Under the pieces are notes generated by a model. The model was not told the origin of the DNA, ran no database searches, and saw nothing but the letters and a program-made list of their open reading frames with translations. A program made the position numbers and the translations under genes. Shown here piece by piece: positions 1-10,534 of a DNA stretch of 64,000 bases. The stretch spans positions 5,693 to 69,692 of the forward strand of contig CAZOOZ010000004.1 in assembly GCA_964581565.1 (NCBI GenBank), written 5' to 3'. The first letter of the stretch is position 1. Every line of letters begins with the position of its first letter. The DNA comes from an uncultured Eubacteriaceae bacterium. Lineage in GTDB: Bacteria; Bacillota; Clostridia; Eubacteriales; UBA1433.

Positions 1-135
1 TGAAAATGAATCTGAACTTAAATTAGAGTAAAAATAATTGATTTATATTATTAATATACTAAATTATAGATGATGATTTAAAAGTGAAGTTAAGTATATT
101 ATAATGGTGTTAATATTGCGGAGGAGGTTGCAATT

Positions 136-1821
136 ATGAAGGAAAATTTAATTAGCTCAAGAGTAAAAGATAAGTTATCTAAAGCTGATTCCAGAGCACT
201 TATGAAAGGTGCGGGATTAACCGATGAAGAGCTCTGCAGACCGTTTATTGGTGTGGCCGGTTCATGGACAAATATATTTCCGGGACACTCTAATTTAGAC
301 AAATTGAGTCAGGCCGCTATGGATGGCATACGTATGGCAGGCGGGACGCCGATTGCGTTTGAGACGATTGCTATTTGCGATGGCATTGCAATGGGAACCG
401 ACGGCATGAAATATTCGCTTCCGAGCAGAGAAATTATTGCGAATTCTGTTGAAAGCATTGCCAATGCACATGCTTGTGACGGACTGGTATTGGTTGCGGC
501 TTGTGATAAAATCATACCAGGGATGTTGATTGGTGCATTAAGAGTCAATTTACCGACAATAATCATCACAGGTGGCCCGATGCTTGCCGGGCATTATATG
601 GGTAAACGCATTGAAATAATCAACTTGACTGAATCGATGGGAGCCGTTTTGTCAGGGAAATTAGATCCTGAGTTACTAACTGAATATGAAGAAGAAGCAT
701 GTCCGGGATGTGGTGCGTGTCAAGGAATGTTTACGGCGAATTCGATGAGTTGTATGACGGAAGTTTTGGGTCTTGGCGTTGAAGGAAACGGCACAGTGCT
801 GGCAGTGCATGCAAAAAGATATAGAATGGCAAAATATGCGGGAATGCAGATTTTAAAATTGGTAGAAGCAGACCTAAAGCCGAGTGATATTTTGAGCAGA
901 ACCACTTTTGAAAATGCGATCGCAGTGGATATGATGCTCGGATGCTCGACGAATACGGCATTACATATACCGGCTATCGCAAGAGCGGCAGGCATCAAAA
1001 TAAGTTTGGATGATTTTGATACCATCAGCAGAAAAATTCCGCATATCGCGAAGTTATCACCGGCTGGTAAACATTTGTTGCAGGATCTGGATATTGCTGG
1101 AGGTATACCTGCTGTATTAAAGGCAGGTATTGATGCGGGCATCATAGACGGGTCTGTCAAAACGATAACGATGAAAACAATGAAGGAAAACGTGGCAAAT
1201 GCAAAAGTTTTGGATGAAGATGTTATTCGTATTAATAATCCGTATTCAAAAGAAGGTGGGCTTATGGTTTTGAAAGGGAACCTGGCGCCGTTAGGAGCTG
1301 TTATAAAATCTGCCGGAGTAAAGCCTGAGATGTATGAACATGTGGGACCGGCACGTATTTTTAATTCGGAATTGGAAGCAAAAGCCGCGTTGGAAGCAGG
1401 GAAAATAAATAAAGGAGATGTTATCGTAGTCAGATATGAAGGTCCGAAAGGCGGACCTGGAATGCAGGAAATGCTTGCAATAACAGCAAGGATTGTAGGG
1501 ATGAATCTTGATAAAGATGTGGCTCTGATTACCGATGGCCGATTCTCGGGTGCAAGCCGCGGAGGTGTTATAGGTCATGTATCTCCTGAAGCTGCGCTAG
1601 GCGGACCAATCGCCTTGATAGAAGAAGGGGACAAAATAGAAATAAATTTACATAAACGTTCTTTGAATCTTTTAGTAGATGATAATATTTTAAAACAACG
1701 CAAAGAAAAATGGGTATGTCCGCCGCCAAAAATAAAAAAGGGCTGGCTTGCGCAATATGCTCAACTTGTAGGGCCAGTATCGGAAGGAGCGCCGCTGCTT
1801 ACTGAATATGATAATGATTAA
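136..1821 (+). CDS. ilvD: dihydroxy-acid dehydratase
   Basis: 561-aa ORF. It has IlvD/Edd family blocks ([24 protein letters not shown]) and a GGAGGAGG RBS just upstream. Confidence 0.95.
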   Translation: MKENLISSRVKDKLSKADSRALMKGAGLTDEELCRPFIGVAGSWTNIFPGHSNLDKLSQAAMDGIRMAGGTPIAFETIAICDGIAMGTDGMKYSLPSREIIANSVESIANAHACDGLVLVAACDKIIPGMLIGALRVNLPTIIITGGPMLAGHYMGKRIEIINLTESMGAVLSGKLDPELLTEYEEEACPGCGACQGMFTANSMSCMTEVLGLGVEGNGTVLAVHAKRYRMAKYAGMQILKLVEADLKPSDILSRTTFENAIAVDMMLGCSTNTALHIPAIARAAGIKISLDDFDTISRKIPHIAKLSPAGKHLLQDLDIAGGIPAVLKAGIDAGIIDGSVKTITMKTMKENVANAKVLDEDVIRINNPYSKEGGLMVLKGNLAPLGAVIKSAGVKPEMYEHVGPARIFNSELEAKAALEAGKINKGDVIVVRYEGPKGGPGMQEMLAITARIVGMNLDKDVALITDGRFSGASRGGVIGHVSPEAALGGPIALIEEGDKIEINLHKRSLNLLVDDNILKQRKEKWVCPPPKIKKGWLAQYAQLVGPVSEGAPLLTEYDND

Positions 1822-1829
1822 ATAAACTT

Positions 1830-1857
1830 AAACAGAGAGCGCATGCGCTCTCTGTTT
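1830..1857. terminator. bidirectional intrinsic terminator between convergent genes
   Basis: Near-perfect palindrome aaacagagagcgc-at-gcgctctctgttt with 13-bp arms. It lies between the ilvD stop and the stop of the minus-strand gene. Confidence 0.7.
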
Positions 1858-1866
1858 AAACTAAGA

Positions 1867-2352
1867 TCAATATCTTACACCTTCTACGTGCAAATATCTG
1901 ATCGTTGCATAATGATAACTGCTCAGAGGCCTCATATAAGAATCGTTTGTGTGTGTGCAAATCAGTATATCACTATGTGTGAAGCCGCAGATAAGCAGAG
2001 AATGATAAAATCTATCTGTTGCATCTCCCAATTGTATGACATCTCCCGGTTCAACATGGGATAAACTCGCAATTGATGCATAAACACTGGGTCCGGTATT
2101 ATTTACTAAAAAATCATATAAAAAATTAACGCCCGTCCAGGATGGCGTACGATCGTATGAAGTTATATAATACCACCCAAAAGTGGGTGTATAATTCATA
2201 ATATTGCTTCCTGCATATAGACATTGTGAAATAAAATTCGTACAATCTCCGCCATAATCACTGAAATCAAAATATCTGGGATTGCGGCTAAGAGCCCAGC
2301 GTTTGGCATATTCTACTGCGGTTGTTCTGTTATAGTTTTTATAATTGAGCAT
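1867..2352 (-). CDS. putative amidase-domain protein (Amidase_6-like)
   Basis: 161 aa. The N-terminal YNRTTAVEYAKRWA...NPRYFDF..GGDCTNFISQCLYAGS pattern is typical of the 'putative amidase domain' family, recalled from memory. Confidence 0.6.
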   Translation of the reverse strand: MLNYKNYNRTTAVEYAKRWALSRNPRYFDFSDYGGDCTNFISQCLYAGSNIMNYTPTFGWYYITSYDRTPSWTGVNFLYDFLVNNTGPSVYASIASLSHVEPGDVIQLGDATDRFYHSLLICGFTHSDILICTHTNDSYMRPLSSYHYATIRYLHVEGVRY

Positions 2353-2425
2353 ATATTTTAATCTGCCTGTTTCTATAATAAACAGTTTATGATAAAAAAA
2401 TGCATTTGTGAAAAAATAGAATAAA

Positions 2426-2830
2426 TCAAGATAATCTGTTTTTTAAGTAGATACAGAAAACTATAAGAGGAAGAGATAATAGCAACCAATAAAAAGTAAA
2501 CAAAGGACATATTTGCCCCAGCACATTAAACGGTAATGAGGAATAATCCCAAATTTGCCATTTTAAAAAATAATTGACGATAATACCTACAATCAATTCT
2601 ACTGCAGTGATGGATAAAGCGCTTAGCAGGCATCGAAAGTAAAGGCTGGCATGATTGTATCTAATATTTATAATATATACCAAAACAAAACAAACACCTC
2701 CGGCAATAGACATTGTCCAATGTGTATAGCCGCGTACAATCATTTCAATAATAGGATATCCAATAGCGCCGATTAGATAGATCACCATATACTCTTTTAT
2801 TGCTTTATAAACTTTATGCATAATATCCAC
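2426..2830 (-). CDS. small integral membrane protein (PF06541/DUF1113-like)
   Basis: 134 aa with about 4 hydrophobic segments and a WDYSSLPFN motif reminiscent of that family. Confidence 0.5.
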   Translation of the reverse strand: MDIMHKVYKAIKEYMVIYLIGAIGYPIIEMIVRGYTHWTMSIAGGVCFVLVYIINIRYNHASLYFRCLLSALSITAVELIVGIIVNYFLKWQIWDYSSLPFNVLGQICPLFTFYWLLLSLPLIVFCIYLKNRLS

Positions 2831-2927
2831 CTAACAATAGAATGGGCTAATTTTAATTAATAAATGCGCGTAAAAGTGATGTAATAATTGGCAAAGATAG
2901 TTCAGGAAATAAATATATTTTAAAATG

Positions 2928-2956
2928 TTGACTTTTAATTGGTAAAAAAATATAAT
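2928..2956 (+). promoter_or_regulatory. sigma-A type promoter of the alaS leader
   Basis: TTGACT (2928-2933), 17-nt spacer, TATAAT (2951-2956). Confidence 0.6.
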
Positions 2957-3092
2957 ACTTTATTACAGATAACTATAAGTCCCAGGATGACATAAATATT
3001 ATTGCTATTTTTGAAACAATTCATATAGTGCTTTTTTGATAATAATTAATTTTCGATTAATATGAGTAGTACAACGGCTTGAATTCAGTCGT

Positions 3093-3118
3093 CCCTGCTG
3101 GACGCAGGGTATTTTTTT
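3093..3118 (+). terminator. leader terminator/attenuator upstream of alaS
   Basis: Hairpin ccctgc-tggac-gcaggg followed by tattttttt, 35 nt before the alaS start. An alternative pairing cgtcc/ggacg overlaps it. Confidence 0.55.
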
Positions 3119-3152
3119 CTGATGAATCAAGAAAAAGGAGCATACTGTTATT

Positions 3153-5783
3153 ATGAAATATATGGGGTTGAATGAAGTAAGGGAAAAATTTTTATCGTTT
3201 TTTGAAAGCAAGGATCATTTAAGATTGCACAGCTTTTCATTGGTGCCCAATGCAGATAAAAGCTTGTTGCTTATTAATTCTGGAATGGCTCCTCTTAAAC
3301 CATATTTTACGGGACAAGATACTCCGCCTCATAAGCGGGTAACGACTTGTCAAAAATGTATCAGGACACCGGATATAGACAATGCCGGTAAAACAGCAAG
3401 GCATGGTACTTTTTTTGAAATGCTGGGAAATTTTTCTTTTGGAGACTATTTTAAAAAAGAAGCTATTTCCTGGGGCTGGGAATTTATGACGAAAGTGATG
3501 CAAATCCCGTATGAACTGCTTTATGTAAGTATTTACGAAGAAGATGATGAGGCATATCATATTTGGAAAGATATTATAGGGTTGCCTGATGAAAAAATAG
3601 TGCGTCTGGGAAAAGATGATAATTTTTGGGAAATAGGAACAGGGCCATGCGGGCCTTGCAGTGAAATATATGTAGACAGGGGCGAAAGATTCGGTTGCGG
3701 TAAACCTACTTGCAAAGTTGGGTGTGATTGTGATAGATATATAGAAGTGTGGAATCTTGTCTTTACTCAGTTTAACAGAGATGACGAAGGAAATTATACG
3801 CCGCTTGATTTTCCAAATATTGATACTGGTATGGGGCTTGAGCGAATGGCTGCGGTTATGCAGGAAGCGGACAGCATTTTTGAAGTCGATACTGTTAAAA
3901 GCATACTTGACTATGTATGTGCGATTTCTAATAATGAATACGGAAAAGACGAAAAAACCGATATATCTATCAGAGTAATAACAGATCATATAAGAAGTGT
4001 TGTATTTATGATATCCGATGGTATTATCCCTTCCAATGAAGGCAGAGGATATGTTCTAAGAAGGCTGCTGAGAAGAGCGGCACGCCATGGGAAATTGCTG
4101 TCTATTGAAGATTCATTTTTGGCATTAGTTGCCGAAAAGGCTATTCATCAATCATACGAATCATATCCGGAATTAGCAGAAAAAAGAGATTATATATTAC
4201 GTATCATAAAAAGTGAAGAAGAAAAATTCAACGAAACGATCAGTCAAGGCATGAACAGACTTAAAGAAGAAATAGCATTATTGTTGAGTGAAAATAAAAC
4301 AGTCTTCAGCGGACGCGAAGCATTTAGAATGTATGACACATTTGGTTTTCCTGTAGAGCTAACAGAAGAAATATTGGAAGAATACGGCATAGCTTTAAAA
4401 AGAGATGAATACGAACTTGCGATGAAAGAACAAAAAAAGCGCGCAAGAGAGGCGCATTTCTCTAAAGACGTTGAAGGATGGAGCGATACTTTATCGGAAA
4501 TTATTACGCCTCTGAATGCTACTCAATTTATGGGTTATGAGCATTTAAAGGTAAAGGCCCAAGTGAAAGCAATCATTGTAGGTGAAGAAATGGTTGAAAG
4601 AATTGATAAGGGGCAAAGCGGAATCATTGTTATGGATAAAACTCCTTTTTATGCAGAAAGCGGAGGCCAAGTCGGAGACAGTGGTATAGTAGAAAGCGAA
4701 TATGGACATGCTCATATTGATGATACGCAAAAAAATGGCAATAAATATTTGCATTATGCTAAAATGCTTGATGGTTTTATTGCACTTGGCGATGAAGTAA
4801 TGGCAACTATAGATTGTACCCGCCGTATAGATATACAAAGAAATCACTCTGCAACGCATTTATTGCATAAGGTTTTAAAAAATCAATTGGGAGAACATGT
4901 TAGTCAAGCGGGCTCGCTTGTCGAGCAAAACAGACTGCGTTTTGATTTTGTGCATTTTGAAAAGATTACAAAAGATCAGCTTGCAAAGATTGAACGGGAA
5001 GTTAACGAAGCAATTTTTCAAGGACACGATGTATCGCAGAGCAGCATGAGCATTGAGCAAGCAAAAAAAACAGGGGCAACGGCATTGTTTGACGAAAAAT
5101 ATTCCGATATTGTACGCGTTATAAGCATGGGAGGATTCTCAATCGAACTTTGCGGAGGCTGTCATGTAGATAATACTTCAAAAATTGGTATGTTTAAGAT
5201 TCTTTCGGAAGGTTCTGTTGCGTCAGGCATAAGGCGTATCGAAGCGGCTACAGGCCGATATGCTTATGAAAATACAAGAAAAACCGAAGAAGCACTCCAA
5301 AGCATTGCGCAAATTGCGAAGACAAATTTTTCATCGGTTGTAACAAAAGTTGAAGAAGCCTATGATACGATAAAAGAATTGACAAAAGATATAGAAGAAC
5401 TTAAGGCCATTATAAATAAAGATGTTTTTTCTCAATTATTGGAATCGGTAACGGAAATCAATGAAATAAAATTTATTGCAGCTGCAGTGGATAATGCATC
5501 TGCCGATGAGATGAGAACAATTTCTGATAAGTTCAAAGATAAGTTTGATAAATGTGTTGTAGCACTCGCCGGTGAGAAAGACAATAAAGCAATGCTGATT
5601 TTAACGGCATCAAAAGATATTGTAAAAAAAGGATTCAATAGCGGTATAGTTCTTAGAGAGGCTATTGCCGTGGTAGGTGGAAGCGGCGGCGGAAGAGCGG
5701 ATATGGCACAGGGCGGAATAAACGATATTCATAAAATTGAAAAGGCGTTTTCTATAATAAGGAATAAAATTAGTGAAATATAA
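3153..5783 (+). CDS. alaS: alanine--tRNA ligase
   Basis: 876 aa. It has the canonical N-terminus (LNEVREKFLSFFESKDH), an editing-domain HxxxH/CGG block (HSATHLL, ELCGGCH) and a C-terminal DHHA1-like GGGRADMAQGG. Confidence 0.97.
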   Translation: MKYMGLNEVREKFLSFFESKDHLRLHSFSLVPNADKSLLLINSGMAPLKPYFTGQDTPPHKRVTTCQKCIRTPDIDNAGKTARHGTFFEMLGNFSFGDYFKKEAISWGWEFMTKVMQIPYELLYVSIYEEDDEAYHIWKDIIGLPDEKIVRLGKDDNFWEIGTGPCGPCSEIYVDRGERFGCGKPTCKVGCDCDRYIEVWNLVFTQFNRDDEGNYTPLDFPNIDTGMGLERMAAVMQEADSIFEVDTVKSILDYVCAISNNEYGKDEKTDISIRVITDHIRSVVFMISDGIIPSNEGRGYVLRRLLRRAARHGKLLSIEDSFLALVAEKAIHQSYESYPELAEKRDYILRIIKSEEEKFNETISQGMNRLKEEIALLLSENKTVFSGREAFRMYDTFGFPVELTEEILEEYGIALKRDEYELAMKEQKKRAREAHFSKDVEGWSDTLSEIITPLNATQFMGYEHLKVKAQVKAIIVGEEMVERIDKGQSGIIVMDKTPFYAESGGQVGDSGIVESEYGHAHIDDTQKNGNKYLHYAKMLDGFIALGDEVMATIDCTRRIDIQRNHSATHLLHKVLKNQLGEHVSQAGSLVEQNRLRFDFVHFEKITKDQLAKIEREVNEAIFQGHDVSQSSMSIEQAKKTGATALFDEKYSDIVRVISMGGFSIELCGGCHVDNTSKIGMFKILSEGSVASGIRRIEAATGRYAYENTRKTEEALQSIAQIAKTNFSSVVTKVEEAYDTIKELTKDIEELKAIINKDVFSQLLESVTEINEIKFIAAAVDNASADEMRTISDKFKDKFDKCVVALAGEKDNKAMLILTASKDIVKKGFNSGIVLREAIAVVGGSGGGRADMAQGGINDIHKIEKAFSIIRNKISEI

Positions 5784-5872
5784 TTAATATTTGAAATATT
5801 TTTTTAATTTAATATTTGATATTTATTAAAATATGCTATACTTAAATCATCATACTAAGGGGAGGATTACTA

Positions 5873-6121
5873 ATGGATAATAATACGGTGCGTTTTACAA
5901 TAAGTTCCGATAGAGAAAAAGCAATCCAGGATATTATAAAAGAAGTTAATGTAGCACTTGTTGAAAAAGGGTATAATCCCATTAATCAATTGCTCGGATA
6001 CATTATGAGCGGTGATCCGACATATATTACTTCTCATAATGGTGCTCGTTCATTGATCAGGAAAGTGGAACGAGATGAACTTATTGAAGAATTTATAAAG
6101 GCTTATTTAAAATTATTATAA
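5873..6121 (+). CDS. ireB: IreB-family regulatory phosphoprotein (UPF0297)
   Basis: 82 aa with [25 protein letters not shown], typical of UPF0297. It sits in the conserved position downstream of alaS. Confidence 0.85.
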   Translation: MDNNTVRFTISSDREKAIQDIIKEVNVALVEKGYNPINQLLGYIMSGDPTYITSHNGARSLIRKVERDELIEEFIKAYLKLL

Positions 6122-6233
6122 AAGTCTTGCGAGACTGCAATATTGAACTATGAATATAAATGCTGTTTTTTATCAAATGAATACAGCATTTTAAACTTGC
6201 ATGGGTATACTCGAATCGTAGCCGGTACATCTT

Positions 6234-6276
6234 AAAGGTTATTTTGCACAGATTGTAAAATAACCTTTTTATTTTT
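6234..6276 (+). terminator. intrinsic terminator after ireB
   Basis: 12-bp stem aaaggttatttt / aaaataaccttt with an 11-nt loop, followed by a T-rich run. Confidence 0.65.
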
Positions 6277-6361
6277 ATATCGATTTATATCGTTGAAATA
6301 ATGTAAAATAAGCAAAATATTGTTATAATAATTGAGATATTACTAATTTTTGGAGGCTATT

Positions 6362-7279
6362 ATGTTTGAGATAGAAATCATGGTAAAGAGTATATTGGAA
6401 GAGCCGGTCTGTCTGATTTTAAATGAACTTGGTATAGAGGGTTGTGCCATTTATAATATGTCGGATCCCTTAAGTGAGGACGAGTTGTGGGATGATTTTG
6501 ATATATCTTTGCCGGAAGGTATGTGCAAGGTAGTGGGATATATAAACTCTGATAATATAGAAGAACAAATAGAACAAATCAAAAACAGAATGGAAGAGTT
6601 TAAAGCTTATGGCATTGATTTTGAAGATTACGGCATTGATGTGCGAGAAATTATCGATATTAACTGGGCTGAAGAACATAAAAAATATTATCAAGTAATG
6701 TATCTAGACGATATTGTTGTTTGTCCGTCATGGGACGTTGAAGCCATTGAGCGGAACCAAAAGAAAAAATTAGTGATATTAGAACCGGGTGCGGCATTTG
6801 GTACGGGATTGCATGAAAGTACAAAAATGTGTATGAAGTTCTTAAATGAGCACGTCGATAAAGGCGACTATGTTTATGACATAGGATGCGGTAGTGGGAT
6901 ATTATCTGTGCTTGCTTCAAAGTTAGGGGCAGAAAAAGTAATTGCCTCTGATATTGATGAGGTAGCAGTCGATGCTGCTAAAAAAAATATAGCATTAAAT
7001 CAATTAAATAATATAGAAGTAAAACAAGGAGATTTGCTTAAAGGTTATCATCAGAAAGCTGATATTATGGTTGCCAATATTATTTCATCTATCTTAAAAA
7101 CAATGATACCGCAAGCTGGACAGTTTATCAGAAAGGACGGACTGCTTATCTTATCCGGAATATTAGATACGCAAGAAAATGAGATCAAAGAATGTTTATT
7201 AAAAAACAAGTATGGGATCAAAGAAATTATACGCGAAGGTGAATGGGTAAGTATAGCAGCGGTAAATAAGGAAGAATAA
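6362..7279 (+). CDS. prmA: ribosomal protein L11 methyltransferase
   Basis: PrmA-like layout with the SAM motif DIGCGSGILS. ATG 6362 follows a GGAGG RBS, and the TTG at 6350 in the ORF track lies inside that RBS. Confidence 0.9.
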   Translation: MFEIEIMVKSILEEPVCLILNELGIEGCAIYNMSDPLSEDELWDDFDISLPEGMCKVVGYINSDNIEEQIEQIKNRMEEFKAYGIDFEDYGIDVREIIDINWAEEHKKYYQVMYLDDIVVCPSWDVEAIERNQKKKLVILEPGAAFGTGLHESTKMCMKFLNEHVDKGDYVYDIGCGSGILSVLASKLGAEKVIASDIDEVAVDAAKKNIALNQLNNIEVKQGDLLKGYHQKADIMVANIISSILKTMIPQAGQFIRKDGLLILSGILDTQENEIKECLLKNKYGIKEIIREGEWVSIAAVNKEE

Positions 7280-8022
7280 TGTATAGGATATTTGTTGATG
7301 ACGTCAATAGTAGAAAAGAAGAAAATATTTTAACGCTCAAAGGTACAGATTTTGAACATTTGAAAAAAGTTTTAAGGGTAAAAGTAGGAGAAAAAATAAT
7401 TGCATGCGATAAAAATAAGAATGATTATTTGTGTGAAGTGAGTGGCATTTATAAAGATTTTTTAGAAATGAATATTGTAGATATTATAAAAAACCAATCT
7501 GAGAAATCTTATGAAATAACCTTGTGCCAAGCAATGCCGAAGGGAAATAAAATCGAATTGGTATTGCAAAAAGCTGTTGAGCTCGGAGTTGATAAAATCA
7601 TTATTTTTTATGCGCAAAGGTGTGATGTTGTATATGATAAAGATAAAAAAGAAAAAAAATTAAAAAGATACGAAAAAATAATTTATGAAGCCGCCAAACA
7701 GTGTAACAGGGGAATTATTCCAAGTATAGAAATCCAAAAGAATTTCATAGATTTATTTGGTGGTTTTGATAAAGATAATGTCATCATCATGGCATATGAA
7801 GAGGAAAAAAATCGCACTCTTAGGCAGGCTCTTCAAAATACAAAAAAATCTTTATGTTTTATTGTAGGACCGGAAGGCGGATTTGAAGAAAAAGAGGTCG
7901 AATATGCAAAAAAATCAGGTGCTCAGATAGTTTCACTCGGCAACAGGATCCTACGCACTGAAACAGCAGGTGTGTTCATATTGTCCTGCTGTGTTTATGA
8001 AAGAGAATTGGGTAATCATTAA
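7279..8022 (+). CDS. rsmE: 16S rRNA (uracil1498-N3)-methyltransferase
   Basis: 247 aa with RsmE family blocks (IVGPEGGF, LGNRILRTETA). The start overlaps the prmA stop by 1 nt. Confidence 0.9.
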   Translation: MYRIFVDDVNSRKEENILTLKGTDFEHLKKVLRVKVGEKIIACDKNKNDYLCEVSGIYKDFLEMNIVDIIKNQSEKSYEITLCQAMPKGNKIELVLQKAVELGVDKIIIFYAQRCDVVYDKDKKEKKLKRYEKIIYEAAKQCNRGIIPSIEIQKNFIDLFGGFDKDNVIIMAYEEEKNRTLRQALQNTKKSLCFIVGPEGGFEEKEVEYAKKSGAQIVSLGNRILRTETAGVFILSCCVYERELGNH

Positions 8023-8023
8023 G

Positions 8024-9313
8024 ATGAAAGCAGCTTTTTATACATTAGGATGTAAAACCAACAGTTATGACACACAAGCTATGATAAAAATCTTAAAAGA
8101 TCATCGAATAGATATTGTGGATTTTAAAGAGCGGGCAGATATATATATCATTAATACCTGTGCTGTTACCAATATGAGCGAAGCCAAGTCGCGGCAGGCG
8201 ATCAGGCGTGCGAATAAATTAAATCCAAATGCAATCATAATTGCGACAGGATGTTATTCGCAAATAAATCCTGATGACATAACGAAGCTGCAAGGAGTGG
8301 ATGCCGTTATCGGGAATGCAGACAGATTACGATTATTTGAGATCATTCAAGAAGCAAAAAGAGCAAAAACAGTTCATGTTACAAATATTTTAAACGAACA
8401 TTACTTTGAACCGCTTCAAATCAATTCTTTTGAAGAAAAAACGAGAGCATTTATAAAAATTCAGGAAGGTTGCAATAATTTTTGTTCTTATTGTATCATA
8501 CCTTATGCAAGAGGACCAGCCCGAAGCAGGGATATATGCGATATTAAAAATGAAGTCAATACTGTTGTTAGAAACGGACATAAAGAAATCATACTCACGG
8601 GCATTCATATTGCTTCCTATGGAGTAGATAAGCAAGAGGATATCGCTTTGATTGATTTAATCGAGGAATTAAACGATACGAAGGGACTTCAAAGGATTCG
8701 GCTGGGTTCTCTCGAACCGAAAATTTTGTCTAGTGATATGCTGCAAAGGTTATCCTGTCTTGACAAATTATGTCCTTCATTTCATATATCCTTGCAAAGC
8801 GGATCTGACAAAACATTAAAGAATATGAACAGAAAGTATACTGCGAAAGAGTATTTTGATATTGTTCAAAATGTAAGAAAGTATTTTAAGGATGTATCAT
8901 TAACTACGGATGTCATTATAGGCTTTCCAATGGAAAACGAAGAAGATTTCGAAGTTTCTTATGAATTCTGCAAAAAGATTGGATTTATGAAAATTCATGT
9001 TTTTCCTTATTCAAAGAAAAAAGGGACAGCAGCATCATCGTTTAACCCGCAAATTGATAAGCATAATATACAAAAAAGATGCAGTAGATTTCTTTTGTTG
9101 TCAGATTTTCTGCAAAATAAATTTAATTGTGCGAACATTAACAAAACATACGAAGTATTATTCGAGAAGAAAACGAATGGAATAAATGAAGGCTATACAA
9201 AGAACTATATATTTGTGAAATCACAAGACAAAAATGATCTCAGTGGGCAGATACATACTGTTCAGTTGACCGAAAACAAAACATCCTTTATGAATGCTAA
9301 AATAGTAAAGTAA
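8024..9313 (+). CDS. mtaB: tRNA (N6-threonylcarbamoyladenosine37) methylthiotransferase MtaB-type radical SAM enzyme
   Basis: UPF0004 N-domain (FYTLGCKTNSYD), radical SAM CNNFCSYCIIP and a TRAM-like C-terminus. The ATG at 8024 lies just after the rsmE stop. Confidence 0.85.
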   Translation: MKAAFYTLGCKTNSYDTQAMIKILKDHRIDIVDFKERADIYIINTCAVTNMSEAKSRQAIRRANKLNPNAIIIATGCYSQINPDDITKLQGVDAVIGNADRLRLFEIIQEAKRAKTVHVTNILNEHYFEPLQINSFEEKTRAFIKIQEGCNNFCSYCIIPYARGPARSRDICDIKNEVNTVVRNGHKEIILTGIHIASYGVDKQEDIALIDLIEELNDTKGLQRIRLGSLEPKILSSDMLQRLSCLDKLCPSFHISLQSGSDKTLKNMNRKYTAKEYFDIVQNVRKYFKDVSLTTDVIIGFPMENEEDFEVSYEFCKKIGFMKIHVFPYSKKKGTAASSFNPQIDKHNIQKRCSRFLLLSDFLQNKFNCANINKTYEVLFEKKTNGINEGYTKNYIFVKSQDKNDLSGQIHTVQLTENKTSFMNAKIVK

Positions 9314-9322
9314 GGTAGAAAA

Positions 9323-10534
9323 ATGCGAACATATAAAGTATCGGAAGTAACAAAAAAAATAAACGGGCTCATAGATGGAAACAACACTTTAAATGCAATT
9401 GCAATCGAAGGCGAAGTTTCTAATTTTAAATTACATACCTCTGGTATGTTGTATTTTACTTTGAAAGATGACGCTGCGAAAATAAATTGTGTTATGTTTC
9501 AAAAAGATGTAATGAATATCGATTTTATTCCTAAAGACGGTATGCATATCACAGCATTTGGAAAAGTAGCACTTTATGAAAAAACAAGTGCCTGTCAATT
9601 GTATGTATCCGTATTCATTTCAAGCGGGGTCGGACTGTTATATGAAAAATATAATAAATTACTAAAAGAACTCGAAACGAAAGGATATTTTGCGGCTGAG
9701 CGCAAAAAGCCTTTGCCAATGTTCCCAAAAAAAGTCGCAGTGCTCACATCTCCCACGGGAGCCGTTATTCATGATATTGTGAATACGTTAAAGAGAAGGA
9801 ACCCTGCTGTTGAAATTATTTTATGCCCATGTGCGGTGCAGGGCAGAGGAGCCGAAATTGAACTTGCTAATATGATAAATCATATCAACAAAAACAATAT
9901 AGCAGATGTGATGATATTGGCCAGAGGCGGAGGCAGCATTGAAGAGCTCTGGGCATTTAACGAAAGGGTTCTTGCGGATGCCATATATCACTCGAAAACA
10001 CCTGTTATATCAGCTGTAGGGCATGAAACAGATTCCACGATAGCAGATTTTACTGCTGATGTAAGAGCCGCCACGCCTACGGCTGCCGCAGAAATCGTCT
10101 CTATTCCAAAATACGAACTATTGAGTTTGTTGAAAGAAAAAGAATTCTTTTTCTTTCATTATCTAAATCAAAAAATTAATGAGTATAAGAAAAGAGTAAA
10201 TATTCTAAAAAACAGCGATGTTTTAAACAAAAGTATTCTTAATATTTCAAAATACTTCAAACAATATCTTGGAAACTATGATAAACGAATTGAAATATCA
10301 ATTAAAAATTTGTTAACAATAAATAGAGTGAAACTTGAAAATTTAAAAAAAAGGATGGAAAATAATGATATAGTCGCAACCCTGAATAGAGGATATGCGT
10401 TAATCTACAAAAACAATACTCTACTTCAAAATAAAAAAGATATTTATGTCGACGATGAGATAGATATTCAATTATCGAATTTTAGGCTAAAAGCAAAAGT
10501 TATCGAAATTAAAGGAGATCAATATGGAAAATAA
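9323..10534 (+). CDS. xseA: exodeoxyribonuclease VII large subunit
   Basis: 403 aa with an OB-fold N-terminus and the ARGGGSIEELWAFNE / GHETD blocks. Confidence 0.93.
   Translation: MRTYKVSEVTKKINGLIDGNNTLNAIAIEGEVSNFKLHTSGMLYFTLKDDAAKINCVMFQKDVMNIDFIPKDGMHITAFGKVALYEKTSACQLYVSVFISSGVGLLYEKYNKLLKELETKGYFAAERKKPLPMFPKKVAVLTSPTGAVIHDIVNTLKRRNPAVEIILCPCAVQGRGAEIELANMINHINKNNIADVMILARGGGSIEELWAFNERVLADAIYHSKTPVISAVGHETDSTIADFTADVRAATPTAAAEIVSIPKYELLSLLKEKEFFFFHYLNQKINEYKKRVNILKNSDVLNKSILNISKYFKQYLGNYDKRIEISIKNLLTINRVKLENLKKRMENNDIVATLNRGYALIYKNNTLLQNKKDIYVDDEIDIQLSNFRLKAKVIEIKGDQYGK

Noticed and set aside
720-1160. 146-aa and 76-aa minus-strand ORFs inside ilvD
   Set aside because: These are antisense shadow ORFs within a confidently called gene. 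The same reasoning applies to the other short antisense ORFs in the track, for example 8390-8635, 11020-11286, 14349-14594, 37120-37413, 52247-52618, 57566-57862 and 63086-63385.
3237-3989. 250-aa ORF on the minus strand inside alaS
   Set aside because: This is a shadow ORF antisense to a very well supported gene. The translation is low-complexity (I/F/K/R/S-rich), has no RBS context and resembles no family.
7970-8023. N-terminal extension of mtaB overlapping rsmE by 53 nt
   Set aside because: The extension is out of family. MtaB and MiaB proteins begin at the ..FYTLGCK.. block, and the ATG at 8024 immediately follows the rsmE stop. Similar ORF-track starts that fall inside Shine-Dalgarno sequences were trimmed for prmA, murJ, asp23, the SASP genes, miaB, miaA, mtnK, the mtnA-like gene, the RbsD-like gene, the PanE-like gene and the recombinase.
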